From: the human T2T-CHM13v2.0 reference genome, Homo sapiens
Direction: 5' to 3'
NCBI GenBank assembly: GCA_009914755.4
Contig: CP068257.2
Span: forward strand, 39,936,001-40,000,000
DNA length: 64,000 nt
Of this stretch, positions 44,026 through 58,354 are shown in pieces; the first letter of the stretch is position 1; each line of letters starts with the position of its first letter. The notes beneath the pieces were generated by a model. The model was not told the origin of the DNA and made no database searches. It saw nothing but the letters and a program-made list of their open reading frames with translations. Position numbers and translations under genes: made by a program.

Positions 44026-44504
44026 TTATTCTTTATAGAAGAATTACAGCTATAAATGTAGAAAGAACAAGAGTTAGAAAATCGCTTTTTTGCAATGCCC
44101 AGTGGAATAGTAGTTCTAAGCCATGATTCTCATCGGCTGCTAAACTGAGGGTCGAAAAACTGATGGGGACAGGCCAGCACATCTGAGTCGGGGACAACCT
44201 GAACACCCCCATGAGGGAGGTACCCAACACCTCCTGGGATGTCTTCTTGTCCAAAGGATTGAACCTGCGTTTCAGCCCTTCTGTGGATCTCCCATTTTGC
44301 AGAAAATACCGACCATAGCGGAAAATTTTACACAACACCTTACAGACACAAACAGGCTAGTCCAGAAGGCAGGAAGCTCCTTAGGACAAATAACAGGATT
44401 TCTTCAATAAATAAATGTCAGGAAAGGATGGGGAGAGAATTGCTATAAATTAAAAAGAACTGAGGAGATACACCATCCACTTGCTTCCTATGAGCCTCGA
44501 GCCT

Positions 44505-44977
<473 letters not shown>

Positions 44978-45405
44978 CCCCTGTCTTATTTTATATAAGC
45001 AAAACGGGTGGAACATAGATTAGGTATTAGAGAACTGCTGTTCACAGTTACCTGCTGTTAGAGTTTCACACGTGTATAAGTCTTGACAGTATGTACATTA
45101 GGTAAGTGTAATAGGTACATGTTTCTCTACACATAGATTTTTATAATGTGCTTATACCTCATCAGTTTGCCCATGTTATAAAATACCTTGCCCTTCTTCT
45201 CACATGCACACACAGTTCTACCTCTTTCTTTTTAATGCTCATGTATTATTTCACTATACAGATATGCCAAAATAATATCATTCCTCTATTAACGATCTTC
45301 ATCTTGTTTCCTTTTGCTGTTGTTCTTGCTATTACAAAGAACATCATCAAAAACACTCTTGTTCATATATTTGTGTGCAAGCATTTCTGTTGGGCTGATT
45401 CCTAG

Positions 45406-45728
<323 letters not shown>

Positions 45729-48019
45729 TGTACATACTTTTCAAAAGAAGAAGAAATAGGGTCTCTGAATGCTGACCTGCCCGAGGTTGCACGATGAGTA
45801 AATAGTATGCAAAGCCAGGCCTATGTGGCACCGAAAGCCGACCATATCTTCCATCTCCCTCATTGCATCCGCACTGGAGACTCTTCCAGACAATGCTATC
45901 CATTGACCTCAAAGGCCTTGGGAGGGGCTGCAGCATCCCACTTCACTGACAGCAAATATCCAAAAACTGCAATCGCTGAATCTGGGGATTATGAGCCTCT
46001 CCTGTGGTTGAGTGATATTTTTTTAAGTTGTCATCCAGTACATTGATGGAGCCCATAAACCCTCACTCAGCATCTGAACCAGGTCCCCGGCAGTCACAAG
46101 GTGGCAGCTGCATGAGAGACAGTGGATGGCAGCAGAATTCCTCTCCAGGGATTGCACTTGGTAACACACACCGGCCACACCCAGGGGCTTCACTGTGGAT
46201 TCCATCGAATCCAGGACTCTGGAGATGAGAGGACAACGATGTCACTTGAGTAGGTGGCCCCCAGAGAGGCTCGCCTGTCCTGTCCACTTCTAAGGGGCAG
46301 TGGGGCTGACCTGAAATAAGAAGCCTTCTTTTTGGTATCTCCCCTGACCTGTTTTGTCTATCTCAGGTGAAGGAGGTGTTGCCTAGCAACTGGAGAAGGG
46401 CAATGATGTCCTTGGAATATTCTGTTCCCGTCATTGCGATACTTAACCTGGTTGATCATTAGCACAAAGACTAAGGAGGTGGCAACCTCCTTCCAGAAAA
46501 ACGAGTTCTGTAAAGTCACCATGGGACCGAGAGGGGACTTCTAGTGTGGCTTTGGGAAGGGGTCTAGCTGGCACCAGATTTTTCGGTTCTCAGAAAGAAC
46601 CTTTCCGCTGAAGTCGGTAGCATTCCTTGGTCAAGTGGACAATAGGTGTTAAGAAACTCTTTGAAATATGAGCCATGCCATTTACTTTCTATCTAATCTG
46701 TAAAACTGCAATGCAAATGTGATATTTGTTGGCATGTCTCTCTGGACTTTTATAGCCTTTTTACTTTGTAAGTATATTAAGCAACAGCAAATAATATCTG
46801 TAGGTCCTATGATATAGCATTAATGGGCTTTCTATGTCCTTTTCCATAGAATGTGTTAATCATTTACATTTTAACTAAGGGTTACTGCTGACACCGCGGT
46901 AGAAAGACTTCTCAAAGGGCCATTTCTATTACTGGGTAAATAATCCTAGATAAGCCTTTGCTCACCCTGAGACTCAAGTAGCTTGGAAACTTGAAGGTAT
47001 GCCCTTGGGAAAGTTCGCTTGGCCGCCCTCCTCCCAGAGTAAACCAGCAAAAATAAGAGTGCTTGCTCACACAAAAGAGACTCAGGGTGCTTTCCAAGGG
47101 CTCCAAAGCTCATGGTTCTAGGTTTGAGATAGAGCAAGGGTTGTCTTTGCTCAGTGCTACAGGACAAGCCTCAAGGATTTCATCCACCCTGCAAGTCACA
47201 ATCTCTAAAAAGTGAAGGAAAAGAAGTTACACATATTACTGCTCCCTAGGGAACCACGGTAGAGATGTTGGTGTGATTTCTTTAAATCCTTTTTCTGTAG
47301 TGTGTGTGCTGCTGAGTGCTGGGGTAGGGGAAGGAAACTTCCTTATTCTTTTGATAAATTTGTGGCCGTGTTGTTGGTACAACTTGGCATCCTCCTTTTT
47401 CATATATGAGCCTTGTTTGTGATATAGACATCTTTGCAGAACAAATTGCAAGGGCGGCAATGATAGGGGAGTGAAAGTAATACTATCCTCACCCATTGCC
47501 AAGTTCATGGCTGACACCCCATCACAAAAGACGGATTAACAAGAGAAAAGCATAACAAAGGTATTTAACCGAAGTTTTACATAACACATGAGTCTTCGGA
47601 TATAGAGAGCCCAAAATACAGGGAAAACTGTATTTTTATGCTTAGATTTAATGAAGAAGGGATAGTCATGTAAAAGTGTAATTGGACCAAGAGAAGGTAT
47701 GATTTAATCATAATGAACGACAGGGAACTTAGCAAGGCCTGTTTCTTCAGACTCATCTCCAGGGTCTCTGGGTCTTCATTCCTTTCCTCTGGATGTGGGG
47801 CAGGACACCTGTCACATGAGAGTCTTCAGGAGAGAAGGAAGGGAGGTCACGGACAGAACTTCCTACTTCTGTGGTTTTCCAGCTTCCTCCAGCTTAAAAT
47901 ACTCAGCATCCCAAAGTGCTGTATTTAGGGGTATCCTGCTCCGGGCCCTGACACAATTGTCCTCCTACTGTGAATCCTGGAGATCATTTGCACAATGCTT
48001 CACTATATATTTGCTATAT

Positions 48020-48290
48020 CGAAAACCAAACACTGCATGTTCTCACTCTTAAGTGGGAGTTGAACAATGAGAACACGTGGACACAGGAAGGGGATCATCA
48101 CACACCGAGGCCTGTCGGGGGGTGGGGGTAAAGCAGAGGGAGAGCATTAGGACAAATACCTAATGCATGCGGGCTTAAAACCTAGATGACAGGATGTTAG
48201 GTGCAACAAAGCACCATGGAACACATATACCTATGTAACAAACTTGCGCATTCAGCACATGTATTCCAGAGCTTAAAGTAAAATAAAAAA
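48020..48290 (+). mobile_element. LINE-1 (older L1PA/L1PB) extreme 3' end, sense
   Basis: aaaaccaaacactgcatgttctcactcttaagtgggagttgaacaatgagaacacgtggacacaggaaggggatcatcacacaccgaggcctgtcggggggtgggggtaaagcagaggg ... aacaaacttgcgcattcagcacatgtattccagagcttaaagtaaaataaaaaa. Confidence 0.85.
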
Positions 48291-48295
48291 TATGT

Positions 48296-48600
<305 letters not shown>

Positions 48601-48737
48601 ACTACTAATAATTTGCTGTATCAAAGCAAGGAGGAACTCTAAAAATAATGAAAATAACAAACCGGAATTTAAATTCAGGCAACAGCATGTACTACCTCAC
48701 CAACACTGCAAAGCTCAACTGTTGAAAAAGGTTTTGT

Positions 48738-49095
48738 CATAAAAAATGATGAGTTCATGTTCCTTTGTAGGGACATGGATGAAATTGGAAATCATCATTC
48801 TCAGTAAACTATCGCAAGAACAAAAAACCAAACACCGCATATTCTCACTCATAGGTGGGAATTGAACAATGAGATCACATGGACACAGGAAGGGGAATAT
48901 CACACTCTGGGGACTGTTGTGGGGTGGGGGGAGGGGGGAGGGATAGCATTGGGAGATATACCTAATGCTAGATGACAAGTTAGTGGGTGCAGCACACCAG
49001 CATGGCACATGTATACATATGTAACTAACCTGCACAATATGCACATGTACCCTAAAACTTATAGTATAATAAAAAAAAGAGAAAAAAAAAAAAAG
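48738..49095 (+). mobile_element. Young LINE-1 (L1PA2-4/L1HS-like) 3'-truncated insertion (~360 bp) with a 15-bp TSD
   Basis: Near-identical to the L1HS/L1PA 3' end: aaaaaatgatgagttcatgttcctttgtagggacatggatgaaattggaaatcatcattctcagtaaactatcgcaagaacaaaaaaccaaacaccgcatattctcactcataggtgggaattgaacaatgagatcacatggacacaggaaggggaatatcacactctggggactgttgtggggtggggggaggggggagggatagcattgggagatatacctaatgctagatgacaagttagtgggtgcagcacaccagcatggcacatgtatacatatgtaactaacctgcacaatatgcacatgtaccctaaaacttatagtataataaaaaaaag. The TSD gaaaaaggttttgtc is at 48723-48737 and 49097-49111. Confidence 0.9.
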
Positions 49096-50682
49096 AAAAA
49101 GGTTTTGTCTCGAGGTTCCCCACGGCTCACGTCTGCTCCCCTGACGTTTCAGGCTGGTGTTTCTGATCCTTTTCCTGATATTCTAAGATGTCTGACAGGT
49201 GTGGACTTTGACTGCTTAGGTCCAATGACCCCAACACTGGGTATAGACGGGATTCCCTGAAGCGGCTTGTCTGTCCTCCTTTTCTCCGGCGGGCTCCAGC
49301 TCCCTTCTGGGTGAAATCCTGGCATCTCCATCGTGCTGTCTCTCTGGAGCTATCAACAAACAGCTCTTGATTAATAGCTGTGGCCACAATAACCTTATTT
49401 CCACAGAGACAAGGACAGAGCTGCCGGCTCCACACCAACACTGTCAGCCGGGTGTGTGCTTTGGTATCAGGTCTCACCCACCGAGTTGCTGGGGTTGAGT
49501 TGTGTCTCCAAAAAGATGTGTTCAAGTTCCAACCCCTGGCGCTGTGCATATGACTTTATTGGAAACAGGATCTTCGCATATATATTCAAGGTAAACTGCA
49601 GTGAGACTGGATTAAGGCAGGCCCTGGTTCAGGATGACTGCCGTCCTTATAGGAAGAAGGAAATCTGGACAGAAACACACAGGGAGAGGCCGTTTGAAGA
49701 TGGAGGCAGAAGCTAGGGTGGTGTGGCCACAAGCCAAGGGGCACCGAGAAGCTGGAAGCAGCAGGAAGGACCCTCCCTCCAGTTTCAGAGCGAGCATGAC
49801 CCTGCGGACACTTACATCTCAAGCTTGTGGCCCCCACACCAGGAATAAATGTCTGTTGTTTTCAGCTGCTCAGTGCATGGTGTTATATTTGTTACAACAG
49901 CCTCGGGAAATTCACACTGGGGTGCTAAAGAGGGAATCTGGGAGCAGCCACTCTGTGACTGCATGCCCTTAACCTAGGCAGTGGGAACCTGACTCCTATT
50001 CTCACACTTCTAATAAAGACATACCCAAGGCTGGGTAATTGATAAAGAAAAGAAGTTTAATGGACTCACAGTTCAACATGGCTGGTGAGGCCTCATAATC
50101 ATGGTAGAAGGTAAAGGAGGAGCAAAAAGGCACGTCTTACATGGTGGCAGGCAAGAGTGCGTGTTCAGGGGAACTGCCCTTTATAAAACCATCAGATCTC
50201 ATGAGACTTATTCACCATCACAAGAACAGCACGGGAAAAACCCACCTCCATGAGTCAATGACCTCCCATCAGGTCCCTCCTACAACACATGGGGATTACT
50301 ACAATTAGAGGTGAGATTTGGGATTTGGGTTGGAACCCAGACCCCTGCCTTTTGGGTCTCCTGGCTCTTGGAGGGACAGAGGAGAGTGAAATTCATTGGT
50401 CAAGAGTGAACTCCTCAGGGTGCTCCTTCTGGGAACTCCAGCAGGGTGGGCCTGGGAGGGGTCTCCCATCTTCCTTCCTCCCAACTCGGTCAACAGCAGT
50501 GCAGTTACTCACCCTCCTACCTTCAACAACTTCTCTCCACTCATCAGAGCAAGCCTGTGGAGCAAGCAGGGACTAGGGTCCCTGCATCTCTGGGCACTGA
50601 CCCCTGCAGACCCCAGACAAAGTCTCCATGGCTCAACACCAGCAGAACAAGTCCAAGAAAGAGCAGCTTCATCAGGGAGTGG

Positions 50683-50822
50683 GAACAGCCTGGGCAACTG
50701 GCCTGGGAGTGGGCAACATCAGGGAGTGGGCAACTAGCCTGGGAGTGGCTACTCCCCAATTAACCTGGGAGTGGGCAACATCAGGGAGTGGGAACAACAG
50801 GGAGTGGGCAACTGGCCTAGCC
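50683..50822. repeat. Minisatellite, ~16-19-bp unit (AGGGAGTGGGCAAC-core), ~8 copies
   Basis: agggagtgggaacagcc tgggcaactggcc tgggagtgggcaacatc agggagtgggcaactagcc tgggagtggctac... tgggagtgggcaacatc agggagtgggaacaac agggagtgggcaactggcc. Confidence 0.85.
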
Positions 50823-50843
50823 TGCAGGACACCCTGTGGATGT

Positions 50844-50968
50844 GCGTGTGTGTGGACACATGTGTGTGCCTGTGTACGTGTGTGTTAGCCTGGCCTGCTG
50901 GGTAACATGCGCGTGTGTGTGGACATTTGTGTGTGTGCATGTGTCTTAGCTTGGCCTGCTGGGCCAAG
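50844..50968. repeat. ~62-bp GT-rich tandem duplication (2 copies)
   Basis: gtgtgtgtggacacatgtgtgtgcctgtgtacgtgtgtgttagcctggcctgctgggtaacatgc followed by gcgtgtgtgtggacatttgtgtgtgtgcatgtgtcttagcttggcctgctgggccaag. Confidence 0.85.
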
Positions 50969-53812
50969 TCCTGTGTACTAAGGCACCTCCTTCCCAGGCC
51001 CCAGCTGCCCCGCCTTCATGTCCCACTAGGAACCCACAAGGACAGGATCCTAGACCGTGATGCACTCTGGGATAGGATTCAAACTCACACCTCGACTCAG
51101 GGTCAGGGTGGAGACCCACTGTTGCCATGCCTAGGCCGCAGGAACATGACACACAATGCTGGTTCTGCCCCAGGATGACAGCCTGGGACGTTCCTGGAGT
51201 TTGTGCTTTCTGGGTTGGAGGTGGGCGTGGTCGTTGTCTTGGTGTCCCATGCAGCCCTGGGGTATGACAGGAGGAAGGAGAAGATGAAGAGATGACCCTC
51301 ACCAGGGGTGCCCTCTGGGTACCAAGGTCATCTCCAACCCCAACATGTTTTCTTACCTTCGCCAGTCTAGACTTGCCCTCCATGGGTGTCAGTGGGCACC
51401 TACAGTGCAGAGACAGAGGTCAGAGGTTCCCCAGAGCCTAACAGATGGCCAAGGGCATCTCCTTGTCCTGCAGTTACTGTCTGTCAGAGGCTGAATAATG
51501 GCTGCCAAAAGATAGTCACATCTGGATACCTGGAACTGTGAATGTGATGTGACATGGCAAAAAAAAAAAAGACTTTGCAGATGTGATTGAGTTAAAGATT
51601 TTAAGGTGGGGAAATTATCCCGGATTAGCCAGGTGGGCCCTAAATGGCATTGCAAGAGACCATGTGAGAGGAAGGCAGAGGAAGACTTCACTGCAGAAGA
51701 GGAGACAGCGTGGCCATGGAGGCAGAGATGAGGGCAGTGCAGCCACAAGCCCTGGAGAACACTGGTAGCCACCACAAGCTGGGAGGTGTAGGGAAGGACC
51801 TTCCCCAGAGCATCCAGAGGGACCGGCCCTGCCCACACCCTGGTTTCAGCCCAGTGAAACTGACTGTGGACGTCTGGCCTCTAGAACTGTGAGGGAATCC
51901 GTTTCTACTGTTTTAAACCACCCGTTTTGTGGTCCTTTGTCACCGCTGCTGTAGGGAACTCCTACACCCTCTCCCATCTGGTGGCTGCGAGCCAGCAGAG
52001 CTTAGACCTGCACATGAGGCTCTCCGAGTGCACAGCCTGGGGGAGAGCCCCACCGACAGAACCGCCGCTGCCATGTCAACCTCTTGGCTTTCTGGCTCCA
52101 AATTCTGTCTCTCGGCTCTTACTTGTTGAACCAGAGCAAGAAACACAAAGAGAAAACTGACTTCTAAAACATCTGCATCCGTGTGAGGCAGGCAGACCCT
52201 TGTACTTGTAACTAACAGAAGAACAGATCCCCAGATGGGGAAAGGACTGATTTATCTGAGACGCTCGGGTGGTCGCCAATGCTAACACCGGTGCACTTCC
52301 TCCTGGCATTGTGCAATGTGTTTGTCTTGCGCTTGTGGTTTGTGATGCCTGTGTGCAGGGAGGAGCCCAGACAGGGCACATGGTCATGAGAGTGCCTCGA
52401 GAGGTGGCTTGGTCATTGTTTGGCATTTTGTCACCTGTAAACCCAGGCCAAGAGTCAACGTTGGCTGGGTGGCAATGGGGTTGTTATCAAGAATACTGAC
52501 ATGGTTTGGCTCTGTGTCCCCACCCAAATCTCACCTTGTAGCTCCCATAATTCCCACATGTTGTGGGAGGGGCCCGGTGAAAGATGATTGAATCATGGGG
52601 GCGGGTCTTTCCTGTGCGGTTCTTATGATAGTGAATGGGTCTCATGAGATCTGATGGGTTTAAAAATGGGAGTTTCTCTGCACAAGCACTCTCTTTGCCT
52701 GCTGCCATCTACATAAGATGTGACTTGCTCCTCCTTGCCTTCCACCATGATTGTGAGGACTCCCCAGACATGTGGACTGTAAGTCCAATAAACCTCTTTC
52801 TTTTATAAATTGCCCAGTCTGGGGTATGTCTTTATCAGCAGCGAGAAAACTGACAAATACAAATACCAAGAGTAGCAGCATATCTCCAGAGGGTAGCAGT
52901 GTCCAGAATGTGCAAATGGAGTTAGCCTCAGGCCATATCGCCACCTCCACAGCCCAGCATCAGGGAACCACATCTTGGCACCTGCCATTTCCGCAGTGAG
53001 AACATCCTTCATCCAGGTTGTTATGTCACCAGCGTCTCCTTCCTTCATAATTGCACCCAATACCACCTTCTTCAGGAAGCCCACTTAGAGCAAACCCCTG
53101 CATTTTGAGAAAGGCCAAGATCATGGCTAGTGATCAGATTGAGCCTATGGCATCAAGAGGATGGGGGGTTAGCACCAGGCTCTGCCCTCGTCAGTCCCTT
53201 TACCTTCTCTGTGCTACTAGATGTGAGCAGGAAGACCAACAGGATGCACGTCCTGGAGTCAGATGTAATTCACAGAAGGCCTTGAGCACAGGGCTGGCAA
53301 ACAAGCAGTGCACAGTGGGCATCAGTCATCACCGCTGTGTCCAGCTAACTCCACCCTGAATACTCAGGGCTGGCTGGGTAGCCTCTGGGATGACCCTCGG
53401 TGATCGCCTCTCGAAATTTGCTTCCTTGTGTGACTCCTTCTTCATGAGTGGGGCTGGACCTGGTGACTTGCTTCTGATGGACAGAATGCATCAAGAGTAA
53501 TGGAACATCTCTGCTCTAGGTGTCAAAAACCTCTGACTTCCTTCTTGCGGGACTCTCTCTGTATGGCCTTCTCAGCTTGCTCACTTTGGTAAAGCAACAA
53601 GCTGTGTTAGATCCACATGTCGAGGAACTACACAGACAGTCTCTGGCTAACAGCCAGCAAGGAACTGAGACCCTCAGGCTCATAGAACTGGATCCTGCCA
53701 GCAACCACTAAGGAGCCTGCAGAGGGCCCCTGCTTGCTTAAAACTTCAGAAGACTGAGGCCACCACCCACTCCCTGGCTTCAACCTGGAGAGAGGCCCTG
53801 AAGAAGATTCAG

Positions 53813-54135
53813 CCGAAGCCGGACACTGTGGCTCATGTCTGTCATCCAAGCACTTTGGGAGGCCAGGGCGGGGAGATTGCTTGGGTCTGGTGCAACATGG
53901 CGAATCGCCATCTCTACAAAAAAATACAAAAATTAGCCAGGCGTGGTGGTGCACACCTGTAGTCCCAGCTACTCGGGAGGCTGAGGTCCCAGCCGAATCC
54001 CAGCTACTCGGGAGGCGGATCCCTTGTTCAAAAAGCATGAAGACTTTACAGATGGCGACAGCCTCTCGTTGAGCCCAGGAAGAGTCATCTGAGCCGGGGA
54101 GGTGGAGGTTGCATTGGGCCAAGACTGAGCTGAGG
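53813..54135 (+). mobile_element. Alu SINE, sense, carrying a ~90-bp internal insertion (partial Alu self-duplication plus ~62 bp of non-Alu sequence) in its right arm
   Basis: gccggacactgtggctcatgtctgtcatccaagcactttgggaggccagggcggggagattgcttgggtctggtgcaacatggcgaatcgccatctctac... then agctactcgggaggctgagg | tcccagccgaatcccagctactcgggaggcggatcccttgttcaaaaagcatgaagactttacagatggcgacagcctctcgttgagcc | caggaagagtcatctgagccggggaggtggaggttgcattgggccaag. Confidence 0.85.
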
Positions 54136-55774
54136 ATGGAGACAGCAGGGCTGGGCTGCTTATCCCTGAAATACAACTGGGCCTGTTCAGAAATAGCTGC
54201 TTCACCAAGACCCTCCAAGTGTTCCCCATGGGGCCTTCCCACCATCCAGCAGCTGGAGGGGGAGGTCCTGGCCCGCAGGTGTCCCTGGGAGCCTGCTCCA
54301 GCACATGGCAGTGTCCGTCTGGCTGGTGAGTGCAGGGTGCCACAAGTGGTGAGTTATTACGCATCCTACCCTGGTTAAGCAAAACAGCCACAAAAAACAT
54401 CACCAGCTCTGCCAGCCTGCGATGACCCCCACCCCATGTTAGACATACCCAGTTTGAGAACATCCTGTGTGTGAAGACCCAGTCTGACTTCTGCTCTACA
54501 CCTGGTCCCTTTAAACCTATTGTCACATGGGAGAAGACACCCTCCAGGGTACATGTTCAAGCTGGTTAGGGGGCAGAGGGCTGGGCCTTGGGCCGTGCAT
54601 GGTGGGCATGTGACCCCTGTGGTTTCCCTGCACGGCTGAGTGAGCACTCAGGGGCTGTGGCGCTGGCTGCAGGGTCACGGGCTTGGCACCTTGTTCCACT
54701 GGTCTAACCCCAGACAAGCCCACAGGAGACAGCTTGGAGTGGCTGAATATTTGAGAAAAAGAAAATCTGGCTTCTATCCCAGCTCTGCCACTAATTATTC
54801 ACATCAGTATTTGGGAAAGTCCCAGGACCTCACCAGGCAGAACTCCTGCAGCAGTAAAATGAAGACAGTTAGCTAGCTGGCACCTCACAAATCTTTCCTG
54901 GAACAGAGCCCCACCTGAGGCAGAGGAAAGCCAAGTTGCATCCTGAGTTGTCTCCTCGGAATTGAAACTGTCTTCGAAGACGTCGTGTTATCTCTGAAGG
55001 CTGTGGAATACAGTCATCCTGTTCCATAAACTGTCCATGTTTGCTTTAAAATAAAAAGAAAAGCTTGGCCCCATGACCTTGACGCTGAGAAGACATCCAG
55101 TTTGGTGGCTTGTGGTGGGGTTTCCCCAGGCTGGCCCCACACTGCCCCAGGCTCTTTCAGCCCAGCCCTTCTGTCCCTCCCCTTGGGACAAGGGGTGAAG
55201 GGGAGGGTCAAGGGCTCAACAAATGTCCCATCCTCCACTCTAGTCTGTAACTTAGGGGTCAAGAGGATGACTCCCCGGTACAAGTCCCAGCTCTGTCGCC
55301 ACTGGCTGTGTGACCTCGGGCAAGTCACTTAACCTCTCTGTGCCTCTTTTTCCTCCCACAGAAAACAGAGACAATAATGACATCCACTCAGAGAGTTGTG
55401 AAGCTTAAATGAGCTGCTATGCAACACTCTTAGAACCAAGCTGGCAGGTGAGAACGTTCAGTAAGTGTGATGTGCGTTTTGGTTCCTTCTTCCTCCAAAA
55501 TCTCTTTCCCTCCTTCCTCCCCTGTGATCACCGCTGCCTTTAAACTCAAAGAGTCATTTCTCTTCCATTTTTATTTTACCTTTCCCCAATTTTCTTCTCT
55601 CCTTACTTTCTCTCCCTCTTTTTTGTTCTATTTGTGATGTGAAAATGATCCCCGGGGCTGGCGCTCTATATGGAAAGCCTCAAGGTCACACGCCCTTGAC
55701 TACTGGGCCCCAAGTCCAGGAACATGGCCTTCCCAGTCATCAGGAGCTCACCTCGAACACTGCGTGCAGCGTGG

Positions 55775-55852
55775 GGGCACGTCGGTGAGAGAGAGGGGGT
55801 GAGAGGGAGGGGTGGGCACGTCGGTGAGAGGGAGGGGGTGAGAGGGAGGGGT
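55775..55852. repeat. 39-bp tandem duplication (2 copies)
   Basis: gggcacgtcggtgagagagagggggtgagagggaggggtg | ggcacgtcggtgagagggagggggtgagagggaggggtg. Confidence 0.9.
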
Positions 55853-55940
55853 GACCTCCTCCGGGAAGCTTCCTTTCTAGGGAGATGCAGGGAATTGGGG
55901 GTGGGCAATACTCAGAGATCATCAAAATATACCACTAAGT

Positions 55941-56037
55941 AATGTATATGTTCGTATGTCGTGCGGCTCCTGTGTGCCATGGAGGCTTGGCACACATTGT
56001 CTCTAAGTGGGCTGCACTACATACGACAATATACATT
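55941..56037. other. Nested imperfect palindrome, potential hairpin/cruciform: 24-bp outer arms and a 9-bp inner palindrome
   Basis: Left arm aatgtatatgttcgtatgtcgtgc (55941-55964). Right arm gcactacatacgacaatatacatt (56014-56037) is the reverse complement with 3 mismatches. The inner tgtgtgcca-tggaggct-tggcacaca (55971-55996) is a perfect 9-bp palindrome. Confidence 0.8.
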
Positions 56038-56491
56038 AAAACAATATTTTAGCCCTGAAAATCCTTATTTCTGTGTGTAGAATATCACTCTCCTGGGGGG
56101 GCCTGGAGCGCCCCCTTCCTTCACCCATCTCCCAGCAGCCCCTTAGCTCCCCAGCCCCAATAGAGACTAAGTGGTGGTGGTAGGGGGGCGGGTGTTCACT
56201 CTGTGCTGTCAAGTGAGGGGTGCAGGACCCAAACCCGTACACTTTGCCTCATGCTTTAAAACAGCGCATACTGCCTGCAGCCAACACTGAAAAGACACCA
56301 GCCTGTTACAAGAGATTTTCTCTGGATGTTGGAATTACAGGGTCGATTAGGCTTTTCTCTGTCTTTTGAAGTTTCAGGACATTTCAGGAGGAATATGTAT
56401 ATATAGGTTTTGTATAAAGAACCAGAGCCAGTGAGTTCATACCCACAGCGCTGACACCGCCATGGCAGCTGGGACGCCGTAACGGGGGTGA

Positions 56492-57629
<1,138 letters not shown>

Positions 57630-58354
57630 TAATGTGCCCAGCAGCAAGGCTTGAGGGAGGCATGTCCCACCCAGGAGGATGAAAGCCCAGTCATCCTGCT
57701 GATGTGTCACAGGGAATCTGAGCATTTCCATCCCCAGCTCCCTGCTTTCCGGTCTGCAGTCCCCTCCCTGGGAGCTAGGGCAACCTTCCTTCTTTCTCGT
57801 CTCCTCCCACCCGACCAGGGTCCTGGCTTCTGAGTGAGGGAAGCTCTAGAATCCCTTTAGGCCAGTGCGGGACGAGCCATATGATTGATTCAAGGGGACC
57901 CAGTTCAACGCGAACATGCGGGTCCCTTGTTCAAAAAGCATCAAGACTTTGTCAACGGCAGCAGCCTCGCGTTGAGCCCAGTGCCCAGTGCCGGCTCCCA
58001 GCCCAGGAGGTTGACCTCAGGCCAGGAGCTGACCCTAAAGGAACAGGGAAGAGAGGGATTCAGCTGCCTTGGGGACTGGGGTGTCCCAAACGAGTGAAGA
58101 CCAGCTGTGCCTGCCAGTTCAGAGCAGGCACAGCATAATCGCCCCGGGAGTGGAGGCCGCAGCAGGATTTGGACCGGGTCTGGAGGTTGTTTTCCTCCAT
58201 CTGCAAATGAGGAATGTGAGGCCAAGGATAAAGTTAAGTTGGTGCAAAAGTCATTGTGGTTTTTGCATTAACGTAATAAAAGCTACAGCCATCAATTGTT
58301 GACAGCCAGGCCTCATGTTTTCTTTGTAACCCACAACCCTATTGAGGGCTGCTC

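Noticed and set aside
54018-54079. Idea that the non-Alu insert inside the Alu at 53813-54135 is a retained 7SL RNA S-domain segment
   Set aside because: The insert (cccttgttcaaaaagcatgaagactttacagatggcgacagcc) does not resemble the 7SL S-domain sequence as I recall it. It is kept as an unexplained shared segment instead.
53628-54526. 205-aa and 185-aa minus-strand ORFs
   Set aside because: Both traverse the Alu at 53813-54135 and GC-rich sequence. The 205-aa ORF in particular carries an Alu-derived peptide (e.g. [20 protein letters not shown]). The read-through is not credible as a gene.
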